NCBI GenBank assembly: GCA_034440235.1
Contig: JAWXBR010000011.1
Location: 64,787-128,786, forward strand
DNA from: a bacterium
GTDB lineage: Bacteria > Bacteroidota > Ignavibacteria > Kapaibacteriales > Kapaibacteriaceae
DNA length: 64,000 nt
Reading direction: 5' to 3'
The position numbers and the translations under genes were made by a program. The notes under the pieces were generated by a model that worked only from the letters and a program-made list of their open reading frames with translations, was not told the DNA's origin and searched no databases. Shown here piece by piece: positions 37,350 to 46,597 of this stretch; the first letter of the stretch is position 1; the number at the start of each line of letters is the position of its first letter.

Positions 37350-38138
37350 TCATGTGCGACGTGCAATCAGAATTGTACGCGGACTCTGCTCTGCATCGAA
37401 TGTTGCACCGTTGTAGTCGCCCAGAGTCTGCTCCACGACAAGTCGGGCCTCGGCAAACATCTTTACCAGCTCTGCGTGCTCGTACAACCACACACGTTCG
37501 TGAAATACAGTTTCATAGCTGCATGGGTCGCTAACAGTAATGGTTTTAGCAACAAACGGTTCGACAATGGCACGTTCCTGAATTAACGTCACATCGTCAA
37601 TCATCGACACAGTTTCGGCAACGAGCTCGCGGCGCACAACACGCGAGTTAAAGAAATCCATAATAAACACACCGCCATCAACAAGCGCATCATGCACGGC
37701 ATGTAACACCTTCATGTTCTCATCGTGCGAATCGAAATATCCAAAGCTTGTAAAAAAGTTGATAATCGCATCGTAAGGGGCTCCCGAAAAGGGTCCGCGC
37801 ATGTCCGCTACTTCGTAGCGCACATTCGCATGCGGATACACTTCACGAGCACGGTCTATTAAAAACCGCGATTGATCAATTCCCACAACGTTGTACCCGA
37901 TCTGCGCAAGTGCCAGTGCATGACGTCCGTACCCACAACACAAATCCAGCACGTGCGCCCCATTCGGAATGCGTGCATGTTTCGTAACAATCTCTGTTGC
38001 TTCTACAGCCTCGACGTCCGTGCGATGTCGGTAGAGGCGCATGTACCAGGGCGACTCGAACCACGTGGCGTACCACTCGGGCGTACTTGACCCTTGAGGC
38101 TTCAGTGGTGCGGCATTATCGTTTTGATGGGACTTCAT
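37350..38138 (-). CDS. Class I SAM-dependent methyltransferase
   Basis: SAM-binding motif I (VLDLCCGYGRHALALAQIGYNVVGIDQS) and the post-I acidic residue. Confidence 0.75.
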   Translation of the reverse strand: MKSHQNDNAAPLKPQGSSTPEWYATWFESPWYMRLYRHRTDVEAVEATEIVTKHARIPNGAHVLDLCCGYGRHALALAQIGYNVVGIDQSRFLIDRAREVYPHANVRYEVADMRGPFSGAPYDAIINFFTSFGYFDSHDENMKVLHAVHDALVDGGVFIMDFFNSRVVRRELVAETVSMIDDVTLIQERAIVEPFVAKTITVSDPCSYETVFHERVWLYEHAELVKMFAEARLVVEQTLGDYNGATFDAEQSPRTILIARRT

Positions 38139-38767
38139 ACGTCCGTCCGTCCTTCAAAAGCCCGTGCAAGTGTTGCATCGTCCGCAAACTCTAGGTCTGC
38201 ACCTACAGGTACTCCGCGTGCAATGCGCGTAATACGCACGCCGAGGGGCGAGGCCATCTTGGCAATGTATTGTGTGGTTACCTCGCCTTCGACGTTGGGG
38301 TTGAGGGCAAGAATTACTTCATGAACGTCGGCTCCGAGGCGGGCAATGAGTTCGCGTAGGCGAATGTCGGTCGGACCCACTCCGTCCAACGGATTGAGAG
38401 CCCCATGTAGCACATGATACAGCCCCCTATACTCATTCGTGCGTTCGACTGCGAACACATCACTTGGTTCTTCGACCACGCAGATAACAGTGCGGTCGCG
38501 CTTCTGAGAAGCACAGATGCCGCACATTTCGGCATCGGTGAACGTGTGACACGTGTTGCACTCGCGCACGTGGGTTCGCATGTGTACGAGGGCGTTGGCG
38601 AAGGCCTGCACGGTTTCTTCGGGTTGACGTAATAGATGAAATGCCAGACGGCGTGCGGTTTTTTTGCCAATGGTGGGCAGAGCTGCGAAGTACTCTACCA
38701 CCTGCTCGATGCTGTTTGAAGGAACCATACCGCAAATTACCCCTTTCGTCAGGCAACTAAGTTTCAC
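38135..38767 (-). CDS. recR: Recombination protein RecR
   Basis: HhH motif, C4 zinc finger (CNTCHTFTDAEMCGIC) and a Toprim domain (VICVVEEPSDVFAVE). 210 aa. Confidence 0.9.
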   Translation of the reverse strand: MKLSCLTKGVICGMVPSNSIEQVVEYFAALPTIGKKTARRLAFHLLRQPEETVQAFANALVHMRTHVRECNTCHTFTDAEMCGICASQKRDRTVICVVEEPSDVFAVERTNEYRGLYHVLHGALNPLDGVGPTDIRLRELIARLGADVHEVILALNPNVEGEVTTQYIAKMASPLGVRITRIARGVPVGADLEFADDATLARAFEGRTDV

Positions 38768-38809
38768 TAGCTTCGTCCCACGCCGCCCTCACTAATCAGG
38801 ACCTCTAGT

Positions 38810-39493
38810 ATGTCGCTATTCAGTCGCATTTCAGACATCTTTAAGTCGAACGTCAACGACGCCTTGGACAAAGCCGAAGACCCCGAGAAAATGCTCAAGC
38901 AGATGGTCATCGAGATGGAAGAATCCGTCAACAAGACCACCATGGCCGTTGCCAATTCGATAGCGAACGAAAAGTCGCTCGAACGTCGCATCGCCAAAGA
39001 AACACAGATGAGCAACGACTGGCAGGCAAAGGCGGTTGCTGCTCTTAAGTCGCAACGCGAGGACCTTGCACGTGCGGCGCTCGAAAAGAAAGCCGTAAAC
39101 GATCGCAACGTTGCCGATTTGGGTCCGGTGTTCACACAAGCCAAATCCACCAGCGTCAAAATGCGCGAGCAACTCGACGCATTAAAGAACAAGCTCGAAG
39201 AAGCACGTTCGCGTCAGAGCACACTCATTGCACGTTCGCAAGCAGCCAAGGCTCAGAAGCAAGTCGCACAATCGTTCTCAGGCGTTGGCAGCGATGCCTT
39301 CAGCAAATTCGACAAATACGAAGGCAAGATCGAGAAGCTCGAAGCCGAAGCAGAGGCGTACGAACAACTCGGCGGTGGTGACACAAACCTCGACCAGGAA
39401 TTCAAGCAACTTGCCGTAGAGGGCGAAGTCGACCAGCAGCTCCTCGAACTCAAACGACAGATGCGTCTGCTTCCAGAAGGAGGCAAGTCATGA
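38810..39493 (+). CDS. pspA: PspA/IM30 (phage shock protein A / Vipp1) family protein
   Basis: N-terminus MSLFSRISDIFKSNVNDALDKAEDPEKMLKQMVIEMEE is canonical PspA, followed by coiled coil. 227 aa. Confidence 0.85.
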   Translation: MSLFSRISDIFKSNVNDALDKAEDPEKMLKQMVIEMEESVNKTTMAVANSIANEKSLERRIAKETQMSNDWQAKAVAALKSQREDLARAALEKKAVNDRNVADLGPVFTQAKSTSVKMREQLDALKNKLEEARSRQSTLIARSQAAKAQKQVAQSFSGVGSDAFSKFDKYEGKIEKLEAEAEAYEQLGGGDTNLDQEFKQLAVEGEVDQQLLELKRQMRLLPEGGKS

Positions 39494-39933
39494 GCGCTAC
39501 CGACACCCCTCAAAACCTAATCGACGAAGCACGCGCAAAAATCAAGGCCGTGCTCGAAGTCAAATACCCATCCTCTGTCGACTTCGGCGACGGCTCTTTT
39601 GCTGTCCCATATGGCTCTTCGAGCGTAGCCATTGTTGTCCGCGAATACACCAAGACCGACACCATGGTCGAACTCATGGCGCAAGTCGTCTCGGGCGGCA
39701 CCATCGACGCAGAAGTAACCAAGTGGCTGCTTCGCAAAAACGCAGAACTTCACTTCGGCGCCTTCGGACTCCTCTTCGACGACACCATCATCTTCACGTA
39801 CTCGCTACCCGGCACCTGCCTCGAATCGCAAGAGCTCGAGTCCGCCATCAACAGCGTGTCCATCATCGCCGACTACTACGACGACGAACTCATCAAGATG
39901 GTAGGGGGCAAAAGGGTCGCAGATCTGGCGTAG
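39490..39933 (+). CDS. Hypothetical protein, possibly YbjN-like (putative sensory transduction regulator fold). It is co-transcribed with pspA.
   Basis: 147 aa with start overlapping the pspA stop. Assignment rests on pattern resemblance only. Confidence 0.35.
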   Translation: MSATDTPQNLIDEARAKIKAVLEVKYPSSVDFGDGSFAVPYGSSSVAIVVREYTKTDTMVELMAQVVSGGTIDAEVTKWLLRKNAELHFGAFGLLFDDTIIFTYSLPGTCLESQELESAINSVSIIADYYDDELIKMVGGKRVADLA

Positions 39934-40273
39934 TACTCTCACCAAATAGAAATGAACATACGTGCAAGAGCGCCTGTAGCTCCCTCCGGAGCGGCTTCAT
40001 GTTACTATTCCGTCGCAGACCGTTACTTTTTTGGTGTTGTGTGGTTAAGTAATCTCAAGGCTGATTGCTCACATGCAGTAATGTATTTCTCACGTTGGCT
40101 TACCGAGAATCGTCCAAAAGAGACCTTTCATAGTTACTCTGATGTTTTGTGTTTTCATCGTCACCCAGGCATCTGAAGTCAGTGCTCAGTGTATCGCCAC
40201 GTTTAGCACGATAACACCCTAGCTCCGACTTAAGGACGCCAACAATGCTTGCATTGCATGTAATGCACCTGCG

Positions 40274-41260
40274 GTGCAGTTGCATTTACTCAACAGCGGT
40301 CAACCGACCATAATGCTTACAAACAATTTTGGCACGGGGTCATGTATCACTGATGTAAACGGCACATTAAGCCTTTACGAGGGTACTGCTCGGTATTCAG
40401 CCCAAGAGGTACCTTACGACTTCTCGTTAGTTGCACATGCAACGGCCGGTAATCTATTACTAAGTACACGTAATTACGATAAGGCCATCCAGTTCGCTAC
40501 AACGCCAACAATCGGAGCAGACGACATCGTACGCTTGATCATAAAACCGTCGGGCTATGTTGGCATCAATCAATCTGACCCAAAGGAGCTACTTCAGATC
40601 GGCCATCTAATGACGTTTAATGAATATGGGTTCATGGGATTCAATGCCTATTGGGATGGGTCAAACATGAAGAACATGTACGCAAATAGGGCATCAGTAA
40701 CGATGGGTCTCGGAGATGCTCGCGTTGGTATACCAGAGCTGTTTGTAATAAATGTCGATGAACAGTCTACAAGTAATGCAACAATATTCGGCACGTTTAA
40801 AGGTATGTGTATCAGTACAGTGGGTGACATGGGTGTTGGCACACTAGCGCCAAAAAGTAAACTTCACGTATTTGGGGATGTTACTATTGGAGTAGATCGG
40901 TGTACAGCTTCTGTTTCTTCGGGTATTAACTATCGCTTGAGCGTTGATGGTGCAATCTTTGCAAAAGAAATTTGGGTTAAAGTATCCGATTGGGCCGACT
41001 ACGTCTTTGATCCTAACTACAACCTGATGCCATTGGCCGATCTGCAGGATTTCGTTAATGAGAATCGACATCTTCCTGGCGTGCCAAACGCAGAAGAAGT
41101 AGCGAAAGATGGGATTTCTGTGAGTGAGGTGCAGAAGAATCTGTTGTTGAAGGTCGAGGAGTTGACACTGTATATACTTCAGTTGTCAAAACAAAATGAA
41201 ACTCTTCAACAGGAGTTTGCGGCGATCAAAAAGCAGTTATCTGCGCAATCGTCCAAGTAG
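40274..41260 (+). CDS. Tail-fibre-like domain protein, of the Bacteroidota cell-surface tail fiber domain-containing type. It may be N-terminally truncated.
   Basis: Repeats GYVGINQSDPKELLQI / GVGTLAPKSKLHVFGDVTI. Conserved C-terminal module ...AKEIWVKVSDWADYVFDPNYNLMPLADLQDFVNENRHLPGVPNAEEV...KVEELTLYILQL plus a coiled coil. No signal peptide at the annotated start. Confidence 0.5.
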   Translation: MQLHLLNSGQPTIMLTNNFGTGSCITDVNGTLSLYEGTARYSAQEVPYDFSLVAHATAGNLLLSTRNYDKAIQFATTPTIGADDIVRLIIKPSGYVGINQSDPKELLQIGHLMTFNEYGFMGFNAYWDGSNMKNMYANRASVTMGLGDARVGIPELFVINVDEQSTSNATIFGTFKGMCISTVGDMGVGTLAPKSKLHVFGDVTIGVDRCTASVSSGINYRLSVDGAIFAKEIWVKVSDWADYVFDPNYNLMPLADLQDFVNENRHLPGVPNAEEVAKDGISVSEVQKNLLLKVEELTLYILQLSKQNETLQQEFAAIKKQLSAQSSK

Positions 41261-41323
41261 TTGCACTGCCGCAGTAAGACTTCACCTCAGCGATTATTGT
41301 GTTCCAACCGACGGAGTCGAATT

Positions 41324-41800
41324 ATGCTAAACAAGTGTCTTACTGCTCTGATTGTGTTCGGAGTAATCATCTTCTGCCTCGAAGCATGCAGCCCTCCATT
41401 TGCACCAGAAATCGATGGGGTAGTCTCTATCCAGTATGTCTCAGCATCACCGCAGTTCGGATCCCAGACATTAACGGTGGACAGCAGTAGTATTCGATAC
41501 ATCAAATACGTTCCGAATTACCCTCCATTTTCGAGGGACACAGTTGTTCAGGACTCAGTGTTTCTGGTGGCAACTTTGACGAAAGTTAATATGGTATTAA
41601 TACTGCTTCAAAACGATGCGGTCGACCCAGGCGTATTGCGACTCGACGGTGGATATAGCATCATGACGATAATTTATCGGCGAAAATCGGATTTACAGGA
41701 GACGACAAAGATTGTTAAATACACAGATCCTCCGCCATCCAGTCTACTCATACTTGATCATGCGATGGTCGAGAAATTGATTCAAATTCATGACAATTAA
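41324..41800 (+). CDS. Lipoprotein of unknown function
   Basis: Signal peptide plus lipobox (VIIFCLEACSPP). The ORF track start at 41261 probably over-extends. Confidence 0.4.
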   Translation: MLNKCLTALIVFGVIIFCLEACSPPFAPEIDGVVSIQYVSASPQFGSQTLTVDSSSIRYIKYVPNYPPFSRDTVVQDSVFLVATLTKVNMVLILLQNDAVDPGVLRLDGGYSIMTIIYRRKSDLQETTKIVKYTDPPPSSLLILDHAMVEKLIQIHDN

Positions 41801-41804
41801 CTAG

Positions 41805-42195
41805 GTGGAGATCAACATGTGTAAATCGAGTGGTCGTTCCGCGCGTAGACTGTACATTATTATCGCATGCTTATTGATTGCGAGTTGGTCAGGACGTGCA
41901 TTGGCAATTTCTGCAAGTCCACTTGACACACTCTTCATAAGCACATCAGTTACTTCGCGATCGGTTGACACAGTTCTTTCGGCAGGGATCTACGCCCAGC
42001 TTGACACCGCGAAACACATCTCTCACCATCTACGACCAACTTGGCCGCATTGTAGAAACGCTGTTTGATGAAGAGTTGGAGGCAGGTAGGTATGAGTTCA
42101 ACTATGCAGTTAGTAGCCTGTCTGCAGGCTTATGCTTCTGTGTTTTAGAAGCTAGTGGCTCGATGGTATCGAAACAATTGATCGTAGTCCACTAA
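41805..42195 (+). pseudogene. Frameshifted mini-gene consisting of a signal peptide followed directly by a T9SS C-terminal sorting domain and nothing else
   Basis: Frame A (41805-42068) gives the signal peptide plus the CTD start (ISASPLDTLFISTSVTSRSVDTVLS...). Frame B (41965-42195) gives the rest of the CTD (SLTIYDQLGRIVETLFDEELEAGRYEFNYAVSSLSAGLCFCVLEASGSMVSKQLIVVH). A single indel near 41985-42000 would restore one roughly 125-aa ORF. Confidence 0.5.
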
Positions 42196-42360
42196 AAACA
42201 CGGTAAGGCATTAGCGATGCCATATTTCCGTACAAAATGGCATTGCCATTGCCATATCTCCTTTCATAATGGCATTAGAGTTACCAAATTTACTTGCAAA
42301 ATGGCATTTGAGTTGCCAAATTTACTTGCAAAATGGCATTAGCGTTGCCATATTTGCGGT
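42196..42360 (+). promoter_or_regulatory. Array of five tandem sigma54-like -24/-12 motifs (TGGCAT-N5-TTGCC, which are also TGGCA-N7-TGCCA palindromes), spaced about 35-40 bp, ending 10 bp before the ATG of the AAA+ ATPase gene
   Basis: GGCATTAGCGATGCC; TGGCATTGCCATTGCCA; TGGCATTAGAGTTACCA; TGGCATTTGAGTTGCCA; TGGCATTAGCGTTGCCA. Each is followed by (A/T)ATTT...CAAAA. Confidence 0.5.
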
Positions 42361-43497
42361 ATGGATCACTCTAGACATAGACTGTTAACTCCGCCTAAGG
42401 GCCATTTTTTCCTGTTGGGACCTAGGGGAACGGGCAAAACGTTATGGACACAGCAGGTTTTTCTGGATGCTCTGCGGATAGATTTACTCGATCCGGAGAC
42501 ATTTCGTGTGTTCGCTGCGGGTACTGAGAGATTGAGGGACGTAATAGCTGCACATCCTGAAGTAAAAACGGTTGTCATCGACGAGATTCAGAAGCTTCCG
42601 ACGCTTCTGGAAGGTGTTCATCTATTGATTTCAGAACAGGTGAAGTACCAGTTTGTGCTTACTGGTTCTAGTGCCAGAAAACTTCGACATGGAAATGTTA
42701 ACCTACTGGGCGGACGTGCGGTGATGCGGACAATGCATCCGTATGTAGCCAAAGAACTTGGTGCCGATTTCGACCTCGATGAACATTTAAAAACGGGACT
42801 TGTGCCTGTTGTAGTGGAGTCGCAAAACCGACACGACACGTTACGTGCATACAACGCGCTGTACATACGCGAAGAAGTCTTTGCGGAAGGACTTGTTCGC
42901 AACATGGAACAGTTCGCACGATTCCTCGAGGCGATAAGCTTCTCACAAGGGTCGATGCTAAACGTCACGAACGTTGCGAGCGATTCTTATGTCAAACGGA
43001 AAACAGTTGAGAACTACATTGAAATTCTCGAAGACTTGATGCTTGCGTTTCGTCTGACTCCGTTTACGAAGCATGCAAAACGTCAACTGGTGTCGCACCC
43101 TAAGTTCTATTTCTTCGATGTCGGTGTATACCGCGCTAACCGTCCATCGGGAAGACTCGATGACGCAGGATCTGTCGAAGGCATCGCTCTTGAAACGATC
43201 GTTGCGCAGCACCTAAAAGCTCGATCCGACATAGCTCGTGACAATAGTAAACTCTATTACTGGCGAACAAGATCGGGTGTTGAAGTCGATTTTGTTGTGT
43301 ACGGTAATGACATCTTCGAGGCCATTGAGGTGAAGAATAGTAGTAGGGTACGTCCAGAAGATTTGAGGGGGCTTCGAACGTTTATCGAAGACTACCCGCA
43401 GGCTAAAGCCACTTTGTTGTATCGAGGAAAAGAGAGCCTGATGCAGCACGGTATACTCATCATGCCCATCGATGAATGGTTGCCGACGTGTTACTAA
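42361..43497 (+). CDS. AAA+ ATPase with C-terminal DUF4143-type domain (ATP-binding protein)
   Basis: Walker A (LLGPRGTGKT) and Walker B (VVIDEIQK). The C-terminal region is typical of DUF4143 (...YYWRTRSGVEVDFVV...IEVK). Confidence 0.75.
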   Translation: MDHSRHRLLTPPKGHFFLLGPRGTGKTLWTQQVFLDALRIDLLDPETFRVFAAGTERLRDVIAAHPEVKTVVIDEIQKLPTLLEGVHLLISEQVKYQFVLTGSSARKLRHGNVNLLGGRAVMRTMHPYVAKELGADFDLDEHLKTGLVPVVVESQNRHDTLRAYNALYIREEVFAEGLVRNMEQFARFLEAISFSQGSMLNVTNVASDSYVKRKTVENYIEILEDLMLAFRLTPFTKHAKRQLVSHPKFYFFDVGVYRANRPSGRLDDAGSVEGIALETIVAQHLKARSDIARDNSKLYYWRTRSGVEVDFVVYGNDIFEAIEVKNSSRVRPEDLRGLRTFIEDYPQAKATLLYRGKESLMQHGILIMPIDEWLPTCY

Positions 43498-43531
43498 AGA
43501 CCTACGAACGCATGTTTTGTAAGTCCAATTA

Positions 43532-45655
43532 CTAGGGCGTCCGCGCCGTTATCCGAATGCTTCTGTTCAAGAAGCGACCTTGTGGCGTTAGGTCGGCGAA
43601 GCGCGAGCCTGTGGTCGAGGTCTCGATAGTAAACGTGTTTCCTACCAGCGAACGGATGAAGGCTTCGGTGACGCGTGCGCGTTGCTCGGAGAGTTCTTTG
43701 TTGCGTGTGTCGGTGCCGAGGATGTCGGTGCTGCCGAAGACGGTCAGGGCGGAGCCGGAGGGGAGGCGCTCGGTGAGCTGACGTAGCAGAGAACGGACGT
43801 CTTCGTTGAGCTCTGAGGAGTTGTAGTCGAAGCGCAGAATGGCTTCGAAGTCTGTCGTCTTGAGGTCGATGCGACGTCGTGGAAGCTTCGAGGCGTCGAC
43901 ATCTGCGAAACGTTCTGCAAATGCGCTGCCGGCTTCGGCTGTTACACGCACACGTGCCGATGTTGCATCGGCGGGAAGTGCAGCGCGGAAGGGAACGTTG
44001 ACGTTGCTGGACTTGATTGCAACGGTTGTGTCGGTGTTGCCAACGTGCACACGCATGGTGCTGCCCACGACGTTAATGCCTGCGGCCTTGACGTTCATGG
44101 TGCCACGCACTTCTGAGAATTGCTGCACGGTGACCCATTCTTGAAGTGGAGCGTTGGTAACAACGAGGTCGACGCGACGGTTTTCTTCGCGTCCTGCTGG
44201 AAATTCCTGGTTCGAAGAAATGCGCGGTGCAAGTAACGCACGCGTTTGTATGCGCGATGCTTCTACGCCTAGGTCGACAAGCACTTGTTTTACACTTTGT
44301 GCGCGACGCTCTGAGAGTGCTGTGCCTTGTGCTTCGTCCGCGCCGCTCGTAGCCCCTTCGAGCACGACCCTTCCCTGAGGATTACGCTTCAGGATGTCTG
44401 CAATACGCACGAGTACCCACGAGTGCGCTTGTATTGGGTCGGAAGACGGAATGCTGCCATCGTTCGAACGGCGATAGGTTGTGGGAATAGTCGACGCAGT
44501 ACTGTCGAAGAACACCGCATTGATGATCGGTGCCGTTGCAAGAAGTTCGTCGCCCGTTACAACTTCGGCCGATACGAGCGTGGGTTGGTCGAGTGCGATG
44601 GTGGGCGGACGTGTGTCGATTGCAATTGGCGGTGGCGGTGGAATTGGGTCGGGCTTCTTTGGGGTAGGGGGCTCCTCGGCTTTCGATTTAAAGCCGAAGC
44701 GTATGCCCACCTCTGCGCGAATGCCGAGGAGTTTCCAGTCGGCATCGGTGAGCATAGAGTTGAAGAAGTAGTCGAACGATAGTTGTGGGACGATTGCAAT
44801 TGTATTGGAAACAGTTATAAAAGATTCCAATGATGCACTTGCGCCAAACATTGCACTTGCACGCGTAGAAAACACACCCGATGCAATCGGCCGCTGCAGT
44901 GAGCTTTGTCCGTTCACCAAGAACGTTGCGTTGCCCTGGTCGGAAATTGATTCGATTTGCTCGAAGCGGCTGGAGAGGGGAAGAGCGATACGCGGACCAA
45001 TCACGAGTCCGAGCGATCGCGATTCATAAGAACCAAGAAGTGCGATGCGCACATCGGGTTGAATTTCTAGAAACGAGAGACTTGGTTGTAGCTCGACGGT
45101 TGTTGTGAGTTCTAAATCGGTGTTTGTTGCTGTGTCGCGAACCGGATAAACGTTTGTGCGCTTGAATTGTCCGGAGCGTCCCGAAAAGCCAAGTCCGATG
45201 CCAAAACCCCAAGTGTCGGCGGCACGCAATTCGAGAATTGCGTTAAAAGACGGACCCGCCCCGTTACCGAATTCGAACTGACCACAATCGATTACATCGA
45301 GTGAACTGCTGAACGATGCGCTATACGTTGTGAGAGCAATGCCCCCTTGCACACGCATGGCAAACGATTCACGCTGTGCGGATGCCGTCGTTAGGGCAAG
45401 CAACACACATACGGAGCTTAAAAAGCCCCTTACCAGAAAGGCACTAAAAGAGCCCCTTACCGAAAAGGCGTTAAAAGAGCCCCTTACCGAAAAGGCGTTA
45501 AAAGAGCCCCTTACCGAAAAGGCGTTAAAAGAGCCCATTACAAGCATTGTTCGAACGTTGGGTCGTGTCATGGCCGACAAAGATAGCTGGCGTAATGTCA
45601 CGGGAATGTTACGACGCCAAGACGAGTGGCGAACGGCATCACGGCAGGGCGACAT
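43532..45655 (-). CDS. Outer-membrane beta-barrel protein with a Pro-rich linker and two OmpA-like domains, a paralog of 6299-8533. The N-terminal region carries a 10-aa tandem repeat (GSFNAFSVRG x4).
   Basis: Signal peptide (...LSSVCVLLALTTASAQ) is preceded by the repeat. A beta-barrel region is homologous to 6299-8533. Linker PPTPKKPDPIPPPPPIAIDTRPP. OmpA modules (VVLEGATSGADEAQG...RRAQSV; LTVFGSTDILGTDTRNKELSEQRARV). The start codon is uncertain. Confidence 0.65.
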   Translation of the reverse strand: MSPCRDAVRHSSWRRNIPVTLRQLSLSAMTRPNVRTMLVMGSFNAFSVRGSFNAFSVRGSFNAFSVRGSFSAFLVRGFLSSVCVLLALTTASAQRESFAMRVQGGIALTTYSASFSSSLDVIDCGQFEFGNGAGPSFNAILELRAADTWGFGIGLGFSGRSGQFKRTNVYPVRDTATNTDLELTTTVELQPSLSFLEIQPDVRIALLGSYESRSLGLVIGPRIALPLSSRFEQIESISDQGNATFLVNGQSSLQRPIASGVFSTRASAMFGASASLESFITVSNTIAIVPQLSFDYFFNSMLTDADWKLLGIRAEVGIRFGFKSKAEEPPTPKKPDPIPPPPPIAIDTRPPTIALDQPTLVSAEVVTGDELLATAPIINAVFFDSTASTIPTTYRRSNDGSIPSSDPIQAHSWVLVRIADILKRNPQGRVVLEGATSGADEAQGTALSERRAQSVKQVLVDLGVEASRIQTRALLAPRISSNQEFPAGREENRRVDLVVTNAPLQEWVTVQQFSEVRGTMNVKAAGINVVGSTMRVHVGNTDTTVAIKSSNVNVPFRAALPADATSARVRVTAEAGSAFAERFADVDASKLPRRRIDLKTTDFEAILRFDYNSSELNEDVRSLLRQLTERLPSGSALTVFGSTDILGTDTRNKELSEQRARVTEAFIRSLVGNTFTIETSTTGSRFADLTPQGRFLNRSIRITARTP
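45418..45545. repeat. 30-bp tandem repeat of about 4 copies (AAAAGAGCCCCTTACCGAAAAGGCGTTA) in the 5' coding region of the OmpA-like gene
   Basis: Seen in the sequence. In-frame, encoding GSFNAFSVRG repeats located before the signal-peptide hydrophobic core. Confidence 0.9.
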
Positions 45656-46127
45656 TTAGCTTGAGTGCTAGGAGCTGGGTGCGGGTCGGACCCAGCCCGA
45701 GCGAGACGTCTTCGTCGACGTCGAAGTCGTAGAGGTGCGCACCAACGTAGGAGTCGACTGCTGCCAGGGCGTAGGTGACGATGAAGATTAGTCCAGCAAG
45801 GTCGCGATTGTCACGATACACTTCACGCGTCGTAAGCAGGCGTCCCTCCGAAAAATCACCACTTGCCTTTGCCGCTTCGTATTGCGCATCGGCTTCGTTG
45901 AACTTCGCATTGTTCGAAAAAAACAGCCATACCGACACTGCGGCAGTGCCAGTAAAGATTGGAATTTTCCAATACGCTTCGTTGTTGAATTGTCCGAGGC
46001 CCGGGCATGCGAGTGACATCAGCACCGACGTGGTCGGACTCTTCGTTAACGTAAGTGTGTCTTCGGCGCGAGCGCATGCAAAAGTGAGAATGATCAGTGC
46101 AAAAGTTGCAAGCACTATGCGAATCAT
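45639..46127 (-). CDS. Secreted or membrane protein, DUF5683-like
   Basis: Signal peptide. The motif SLACPGLGQFNNEAYWKIPIF resembles the conserved PGLGQ.YN..YWK.PI core of Bacteroidota DUF5683 proteins. Confidence 0.45.
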   Translation of the reverse strand: MIRIVLATFALIILTFACARAEDTLTLTKSPTTSVLMSLACPGLGQFNNEAYWKIPIFTGTAAVSVWLFFSNNAKFNEADAQYEAAKASGDFSEGRLLTTREVYRDNRDLAGLIFIVTYALAAVDSYVGAHLYDFDVDEDVSLGLGPTRTQLLALKLNVALP

Positions 46128-46179
46128 GCAACACCTTTACATGCATCATCATGAGATACAAGAATTTCGATGGCGATAT

Positions 46180-46572
46180 TTAGTCGATGCACGCGATAAC
46201 CTCTATTTCAACAAGTGCATCTTTCGGAAGGCGCGATACTTCGACAGCAGAACGTGCGGGCTTGTGATGTCCGAATGCATCGGAGTAACAGGCATTCATC
46301 TCTGCAAAAGAATTCATGTCTGCAAGGAACACTGTTGCTTTCACAACATTGTCGAGCGTTGCGCCCTGTGTCTTGAGAATGGTGCGAATGTTGTGAAACA
46401 CTTGCGTTGATTGTTCTGCGACTGTTGTGCCAATCATTGCACCTTCACTCGAGAGCGCAATTTGTCCGCTTAGGAACACCATACGTCCGGTGCACACAAC
46501 GCCATGCGAATACGGACCAATTGCGGGGGCTGCATGTTCTGCGATGAATGGAGATATTGTTTTGGGTTGCAT
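46180..46572 (-). CDS. RidA/YjgF/L-PSP family protein (second copy in this window)
   Basis: 130 aa with the canonical RidA fold motifs (...GPYSHGV...VFLSGQIAL...VKATVFLADMNSFAEMNACY...PARSAVEVSRLPKDALVEIEVIA). Confidence 0.8.
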   Translation of the reverse strand: MQPKTISPFIAEHAAPAIGPYSHGVVCTGRMVFLSGQIALSSEGAMIGTTVAEQSTQVFHNIRTILKTQGATLDNVVKATVFLADMNSFAEMNACYSDAFGHHKPARSAVEVSRLPKDALVEIEVIACID

Positions 46573-46597
46573 GGGGCTCTAGGAATAAGGGGCTAAT

